A DNA stretch of 64,000 nucleotides, from contig JAUSFL010000035.1 of NCBI GenBank assembly GCA_030649735.1, forward strand, positions 5,044 to 69,043, written 5' to 3'. The stretch comes from Candidatus Iainarchaeum sp. Its GTDB lineage: Archaea; Iainarchaeota; Iainarchaeia; Iainarchaeales; UBA10191. The notes under the pieces were generated by a model. That model was not told the origin of the DNA. It searched no databases and saw only the letters and a list, made by a program, of their open reading frames with translations. The translations under genes were made by a program, and so were the position numbers. Positions 58,661 to 64,000 of this stretch are shown here, in pieces; positions within the stretch are counted from its first letter, which is position 1; every line of letters starts with the position of its first letter.

Positions 58661-59008
58661 ATGCCTAAAACTTTGAGAGAGTACCAGGATTTCTGCAAGC
58701 TGACCGCCAAAAAGTTTGATGACCGCCAGACTGAAATTTTGACTTGGGGCCTCGGAATCACTGGAGAGGCCGGTGATGTCGCTTCCTGCATCAAGAAAAC
58801 CTTCATTCACGAGAATGACCAGACTCAAGGAATCAAGGAAAACTTGGGCGACACTTTATGGTATGCCGCAATGATTTGCAATTATTTTGGCTGGAGCCTG
58901 CAAGAAATTTTGGAAAGCAATGCCAAAAAGCTTGAAGACCGCTATCCTTCAGGATTTGACTTGAAAAAAGCGAAAAGAAACGGCAAGAGAATAGACTGGA
59001 GCAAATGA
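58661..59008 (+). CDS. MazG-like nucleoside triphosphate pyrophosphohydrolase
   Basis: EYQ, LG.TGEAGDV...KK, LGDTLWY, N..KL..RYP.GF. Confidence 0.88.
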   Translation: MPKTLREYQDFCKLTAKKFDDRQTEILTWGLGITGEAGDVASCIKKTFIHENDQTQGIKENLGDTLWYAAMICNYFGWSLQEILESNAKKLEDRYPSGFDLKKAKRNGKRIDWSK

Positions 59009-59019
59009 TTTTTTCAAGA

Positions 59020-59637
59020 TTACAATTTTTCAGCGTCTATTGCCTCGTCAAAGAATGGCGAAATGTCGTCAATCAATTCCTTCATGTTTTTTGTGTTGTT
59101 GCACAGGAAAATCCCGTTGATTTTTTTCGCATAGCATTTTTCAACAACCGACTTGACGAATTTTTTCAGCACTCTTTCATCATTATAGATTGCGAGAGTG
59201 CTTATTGAATCCATTATGAAAAACCCGCCCGCAGGAATCACGTCAAAGGCCTGGTTTATTGAAATGTTCAAGTCAATGAGGTTTTGCGGGTTGCAAATCA
59301 TCACATTATCCATTTCTTTGGCTAATTCCTTGCTGGCGCAATCCAGAAAATAGATTTTTTTTTGGTCAAAATTCTTGGATTCTTTGAAAAACAATTGCTC
59401 CAGCTGGCTGCTTTGCTTGTTTGCAGTCAAGAAAACTCCCTTTGTTTTGTCTGTTGAAACAAACTTTTTCACAAGCCCAAGGATAATGTCGTTGTATTCG
59501 TTGGCGTCAACAAGCAGCATTATGGCATAGTTTTCAGGCAGTTCGCTGATTTTCTTTTCCAAATGCTCTAAAAAAGAATAATTAATCTCTTCAATTTTTA
59601 TTCCAGCTTCAAAGTCCGGGGTTTTTTTTCCAGGCAT
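59020..59637 (-). CDS. Degenerate RecA/KaiC-like domain protein
   Basis: FLDC, MDSISTL.IYN, FFD; no Walker A. Confidence 0.65.
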   Translation of the reverse strand: MPGKKTPDFEAGIKIEEINYSFLEHLEKKISELPENYAIMLLVDANEYNDIILGLVKKFVSTDKTKGVFLTANKQSSQLEQLFFKESKNFDQKKIYFLDCASKELAKEMDNVMICNPQNLIDLNISINQAFDVIPAGGFFIMDSISTLAIYNDERVLKKFVKSVVEKCYAKKINGIFLCNNTKNMKELIDDISPFFDEAIDAEKL

Positions 59638-59643
59638 AAAAAA

Positions 59644-60351
59644 TCATTTAATTGATTCCCACATTACTTCATCCTTGCTTTTGACTTCAACGCCGTTTGC
59701 ATTCAGTTCCATTGGGTGGACTTTTTTGCTGTGGTCTGTCCCGCGCATTTTTCTTACAAAAATGCTCCTGTTTGGCGGGGAAAAATACATTGCGACAACG
59801 CCGTCAACAACAAATTCTTCAACACCGAATGCTGAAAAGTCTGTTTTGCCGCCCTTGGTTTCTGCAGTGAGTATTGTAGTGCAGCCCAATTCTTTCAAGT
59901 CGTTGGTGAATTTGTAAAGCAAGTACCTTAATTCTCCAGGCTCTTTGATCCAGACTCCAAATGCTGTCGTGCTGTCAATCACAAGCCTTTTTGCGCCGAT
60001 TTTCTTTATCAAGTCGCCAATTGTCTTCAATTCTTCATCAACCTGGGTTTTAATGTCTCTTTCAGGATTGAGCTTTAAGCGGTAGAGCTTTATTAAATTT
60101 TTTTCTTCAAGGCCTTTAATGTCCCAGTTGAAGCTTTCAATGTTCCAGCCAATGTTTTTCACGCTTTCTTCAACTGTAACAAAAATTCCCGGCTCTTTGT
60201 AAAGCTTTGCGCCATTGTAAAGGAATTGCGTTGCAGCGATTGTTTTCAAAGTTCCCGCACCGCCTGAAAGAAGGACTATTGCGCCTTTTGGAAATCCGCC
60301 TTGGAGCAGCTTGTCCAATCCTTCAATGCCAGTCTGTATTTTTTCAACCAT
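59644..60351 (-). CDS. KaiC/RAD55 family single-domain ATPase
   Basis: TGI.GLD.LL.GG, GGAGTLKT, EES, IDS, EEFVVDGV, KMRGT.H. Confidence 0.92.
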   Translation of the reverse strand: MVEKIQTGIEGLDKLLQGGFPKGAIVLLSGGAGTLKTIAATQFLYNGAKLYKEPGIFVTVEESVKNIGWNIESFNWDIKGLEEKNLIKLYRLKLNPERDIKTQVDEELKTIGDLIKKIGAKRLVIDSTTAFGVWIKEPGELRYLLYKFTNDLKELGCTTILTAETKGGKTDFSAFGVEEFVVDGVVAMYFSPPNRSIFVRKMRGTDHSKKVHPMELNANGVEVKSKDEVMWESIK

Positions 60352-60446
60352 TAAAGCACCTCTAAAAGAAAACCATGGCCTGAAAGATAATATGCACTTG
60401 CTGGTTTTTAAGGTTTTACAGGCTCAAAGCCGTTTTTTGATGTTTT

Positions 60447-61712
60447 TCAAGCCGCTTTTTTGATCTCGCGTACAGTAACCTTGAATTTCAAGGTTTGGCC
60501 CGCAAGCTTGTGGTTCAAGTCCAGGGTTATTGAATTCTGGTCAACTTTAGTCACTATTGCAGTGACATTTTGTGGAGTTCCAGTGGTATTGATAGTCAAT
60601 GGAACTAGAGTGCCAATTGGCGGCTCTTCCGCAAACGCGTCCTTGTAATCTTGGCTGTTCTTGTCCAGGACCAAAACAAGCTTTTCATTCCTTGGCCCGT
60701 AAGCTTCTTCTGGAGGAATCACTATTGTTTTTGTCTCGCCAAGATTCATTCCAACAACGCCGTTATCAAATCCTTGAATCATTTGGCCGGCGCCTACAAC
60801 AAACTCTAAGGGCTTTTTGCCGATTGAAGTGTCAAAGACATTTCCGTCAAGCAGTTCTCCAGTATAATCCACTTTTACCGAGTCTCCTTTTTCAACAACA
60901 TTTTTGTACATTTGAATCGCTCCATTATTTATGTCAACTAGTTTAAACCAGAAAATTGCGGGCTTTCCCGCGTATTCCGGATTTAAGTCAAAGTAAAGGT
61001 AATTCTTGTCAAAGCCTTTCACTACTGCGTGAGTGTTGAAAAAAAAGCTCACGTCAGTTCCAATGTCGGGGTCTACGTTTGCTGGAAGCGGCCATTTGCT
61101 TCTTTCAATCTTGACTATTTTTGAATCATCATATTCTCCAAAGCCCTCGCTTGCCGAAAGCTCTATCGTTTTTTCCTCGTCTTTCCGCATTCCAATGACT
61201 GCGCTGGCGACTTTCCCGAACATTTTTCCCGGCCGCCCGTCATAATAAGTGCCTGTTCCTGCCTTGAAAACCAATGGAGTAAAAATATTCTCGTCAAGCC
61301 TTAAGCCATTCTTTTCTGCAATATCCCGCAATGAAGTTGAAATCACGTTTCCGTCCTTTAATTTCAGCGTGAAATTCACTGAAACTGCAGCGCCGAATTC
61401 CACAGTGTTTAATCGCTTGATTATTTTTTGGGTTTCTGGAGTGATTTTACTGCATTGCTCGCTTTTAATCAGGCTTCCAGTAATGTCAATTTGGTCGCCG
61501 GTCAATAATTGCTTTGCGAACTCAGAATTCAAGTCAAGGAAGTACTTCAAGTTTGCTTGTGTTGTAATGCTGTACTGGCCGCAGGCATTGTTTTTCTCCG
61601 CTGCAAAAATTCCAGTGACATTGACTTTTTCTGCAGGCGGCTGCTGTGAACAGCCTGAAAGCACTAGAATTAAAGCCAAGGATAGCATTGCCGCGATTAA
61701 CTTTTTGTTCAT
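60447..61712 (-). CDS. Lipoprotein with two tandem SlyD-type FKBP peptidyl-prolyl isomerase domains
   Basis: LSGC lipobox; V.YTG.L.DG.VFDTS, G.GQMI.GF, PEEAYG, D.NH.LAG; upstream copy is degenerate. Confidence 0.88.
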   Translation of the reverse strand: MNKKLIAAMLSLALILVLSGCSQQPPAEKVNVTGIFAAEKNNACGQYSITTQANLKYFLDLNSEFAKQLLTGDQIDITGSLIKSEQCSKITPETQKIIKRLNTVEFGAAVSVNFTLKLKDGNVISTSLRDIAEKNGLRLDENIFTPLVFKAGTGTYYDGRPGKMFGKVASAVIGMRKDEEKTIELSASEGFGEYDDSKIVKIERSKWPLPANVDPDIGTDVSFFFNTHAVVKGFDKNYLYFDLNPEYAGKPAIFWFKLVDINNGAIQMYKNVVEKGDSVKVDYTGELLDGNVFDTSIGKKPLEFVVGAGQMIQGFDNGVVGMNLGETKTIVIPPEEAYGPRNEKLVLVLDKNSQDYKDAFAEEPPIGTLVPLTINTTGTPQNVTAIVTKVDQNSITLDLNHKLAGQTLKFKVTVREIKKAA

Positions 61713-61732
61713 TGATTCACCTAAAATTCAAA

Positions 61733-62296
61733 CTATTTTTTCAAGACTGCCTGTACAAAGGCCGAAAGGATTGCAAAAACCTTTTTTTCTGAAAGATTGT
61801 CAGTGTTCAATACAATGCTGAAAGGTTTCAAGTCTTCGCCGAATTTTATTCCGTAAGCCTGGTAATAGATTCTTTTGGAAAGCTCTTCCTTTTCCTTTAT
61901 TGCTTTCAGTACTTCTTCTTGAGTTTGCTTGTTTCTTTTCGCAACGCGCTTGGCGCGGGTTTCTGGAGAAGCCTCAAGCCATACAGCAACCATGCTGTCC
62001 TTGTCCATTAGCCAAGGCATTGTCCAAGAATCCATTACAAAATTCCCTTTTGCGCTTATTTCCAAAAGCTTTTTGTCAAATGCCTTGTCAGCCGAGAGAT
62101 TGTTCAAGCGCTGCTGCAAAAACTTGGTTCCGCCCTGCTTTTCCCAAAAGCCGTTTGTTTGAAGGTCTTGCTTTTGCAATTCCCTGAACAATTTGCTGGT
62201 GAAAATCGGCTTCATCTTGAATTTTTGCGCCAAAAGCTTCACTTGAGTGCTTTTGCCGCTTCCGGACATTCCGCCAATAATCAAATTTTTTGCCAT
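61733..62296 (-). CDS. cmk: Cytidylate kinase (archaeal type)
   Basis: GMSGSGKST, LFRE, D...D, WL.AS.E.RA.R, Y...YGI. Confidence 0.85.
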   Translation of the reverse strand: MAKNLIIGGMSGSGKSTQVKLLAQKFKMKPIFTSKLFRELQKQDLQTNGFWEKQGGTKFLQQRLNNLSADKAFDKKLLEISAKGNFVMDSWTMPWLMDKDSMVAVWLEASPETRAKRVAKRNKQTQEEVLKAIKEKEELSKRIYYQAYGIKFGEDLKPFSIVLNTDNLSEKKVFAILSAFVQAVLKK

Positions 62297-62365
62297 TCAA
62301 AAAACCATTATCTACTAGTTTGCAATTAGTTTTAAAAACCAGTATTTTTAAGAAAGCCTGCAGGC

Positions 62366-64000
62366 TTAGCCTTGCAGAATTGTTATTTTAGTATGAAAGT
62401 TCACTGTACTTCCGGTCTTTTCTGCAAAAACCGTGGTTACAGGACTTGAAGGACTTATTCCGCCTGCAGAATCCCCAGAATCTACTGTTGTAGAGAGCGT
62501 AGTTCCTGAAAGTCCTTCAATTTTTAGGACATAATTGGTGTTCGGAATTCCTGCGGTCAAAACATTGCCTGAAAGCGCAATGCTAGTCAATTTTGGGGAG
62601 AGCTTGTAATTCAATCTTCCAGTAAAACTGCTTGAGTCTTTCAAAATGTCTGAAACATCAAAAAAGCTTTCAGTCTTGTTCAAAGTTATTTGCCTGGTGT
62701 GGGTTGTGCCGCTGAAATTATAGCTTGCCGTGGCTGTTGCTGAATCTGAAGAGTTGCTAAAATTGCTTATTGTTGGGTTATTGCTTGAAGTCCAAATGTC
62801 AAGTTCTAGTGAATAGTCGTTGTTTTTGTTGTAGATTGTGCTGTGCCTTTGAATGCTTCTTCTTTCAGGCGGGTCCTCATTATAGCCAAGGTCAAGAATG
62901 ACTGGCTCGCCATTAACGTAAATCATTAAACTCAATGAATCCAAATGAGTATGGGTTCTGGCCCTTCCAAAGCTTGCCTTGGGCATTGCATTGAATATTG
63001 CAAAAACTTGCTTTTGCGGCTCTTTGAAAATCACAAGGTTTGAAGGGCTTATTTTGAAAGAATCATTGCTTTCAGAAACTTGCGAGAACCTTTGATAATT
63101 GTCTATTCCCATTTTTCCTGAAAAGTAGAAAAACCCTGAAGGGTAATTTGCAGCAGAACTTGTTGAAGGAATTTCGCAAACAGTGCTTCTGGAAGTCCAT
63201 TCTGTGCGATTAAGCGTTGGCAGCGAGCAAATTGTAGTCAATACAGAATCTCCATTGGAAGTGTCTCCAATTGAAGGCCTGTTGTTTGTTTGGGGAATGC
63301 GGGTTTTTGTAACCCAATTGCCAATCAATAATTCCTGCTTTTCAAAAGTATTGCTTGCAAAGTCGCAGTTGCTGCAAGAAATTCCCCGACTTCTCAAAAG
63401 TTCTCTTGTAGCCATTACTTCAAAAGTCCTTCTTGCAACTATAGAATCATAATTCAATGCTCTCTCAACCCACGCTCCATCGCTTCCAACCCAGTCTGAA
63501 AATTTTGAGTCAATCTCATCAATGCCTGCTGAAACCCATTGTGAAGAATTTTTTAAGCCAGGATACCAAAAGCCCGCAAGTGCAAGCCCTGTCGCCTCAA
63601 ATATGTACTTGTTTGGGGTTTTGCTTCCTTGTCCGGCATTGGCTAGAATTAAGTTTGAAAGATTGTCAATAACTTTCAAGTATTTTATTGTCCTTTGGGA
63701 ATCAATGCTTTCATCGCTTCCCATTATCAAAACAGGTCTTCCAAGCCCTTGCTGCAATGCTCCCCCTTCGCTAAAAACCACGCCGTCGGCTCCAGCTTCG
63801 CTAATCAGCCGCTCGTGCTTTGAATACAAGTCATCCATTACAAATTTGAAAACTCGTACATAATCGGGCTTTTTTGAAACGTCATTTTCTCTAGCAAAAT
63901 AATATCCTTTGGATAAGGAATCCAAATAACCCCCATAGCTTGCAAAATCATTCAAGCCGCTGGCTTCGGCTGAAGCTTTTGCATCATCCCAATTGCCGCC
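62366..64000 (-). CDS. Heparinase II/III-like polysaccharide lyase (partial; frame stays open past window end)
   Basis: DG.W.E.A.NY, P.IGD, H.H.D.LS......G..VI.D.GY, R....HSTI; no stop between 63955 and 64000. Confidence 0.75.
   Translation of the reverse strand, partial: GGNWDDAKASAEASGLNDFASYGGYLDSLSKGYYFARENDVSKKPDYVRVFKFVMDDLYSKHERLISEAGADGVVFSEGGALQQGLGRPVLIMGSDESIDSQRTIKYLKVIDNLSNLILANAGQGSKTPNKYIFEATGLALAGFWYPGLKNSSQWVSAGIDEIDSKFSDWVGSDGAWVERALNYDSIVARRTFEVMATRELLRSRGISCSNCDFASNTFEKQELLIGNWVTKTRIPQTNNRPSIGDTSNGDSVLTTICSLPTLNRTEWTSRSTVCEIPSTSSAANYPSGFFYFSGKMGIDNYQRFSQVSESNDSFKISPSNLVIFKEPQKQVFAIFNAMPKASFGRARTHTHLDSLSLMIYVNGEPVILDLGYNEDPPERRSIQRHSTIYNKNNDYSLELDIWTSSNNPTISNFSNSSDSATATASYNFSGTTHTRQITLNKTESFFDVSDILKDSSSFTGRLNYKLSPKLTSIALSGNVLTAGIPNTNYVLKIEGLSGTTLSTTVDSGDSAGGISPSSPVTTVFAEKTGSTVNFHTKITILQG

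Overview
Gene-dense, AT-rich archaeal chromosomal window. Archaeal markers include a histone, FtsZ2-type FtsZ, Hef, Lhr, NucS, Sua5, pyruvoyl arginine decarboxylase, and TATA/BRE-like promoters. The gene content and many basic orphan proteins suggest a DPANN lineage such as Iainarchaeota/Diapherotrites, which is an inference. Most genes are housekeeping: pyruvate:ferredoxin oxidoreductase (POR) subunits in two blocks, enolase, pyrBI, an ABC exporter, a P-type ATPase, repair helicases, an iron/oxygen-stress cluster, tRNA-Pro(UGG) and a truncated heparinase II/III-like gene. Five things stand out. (1) A class III ribonucleotide reductase whose glycyl-radical domain is encoded by a separate 48-aa ORF with its own Shine-Dalgarno site; the ORF track misses it. 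(2) A uridine kinase fused to a divergent MoaA-like radical SAM enzyme, preceded by a 26-aa small ORF, operator-like repeats and a divergent regulator, next to the tRNA. (3) Three copies of a short hairpin/pseudoknot element around tRNA-Pro, one flanked by a 15-bp direct repeat. (4) A ~145-nt rod-like candidate ncRNA with its own promoter upstream of pdaD. (5) Phased TACATAAT repeats upstream of ftsZ. All product calls come from motif recognition by eye; no searches were run.
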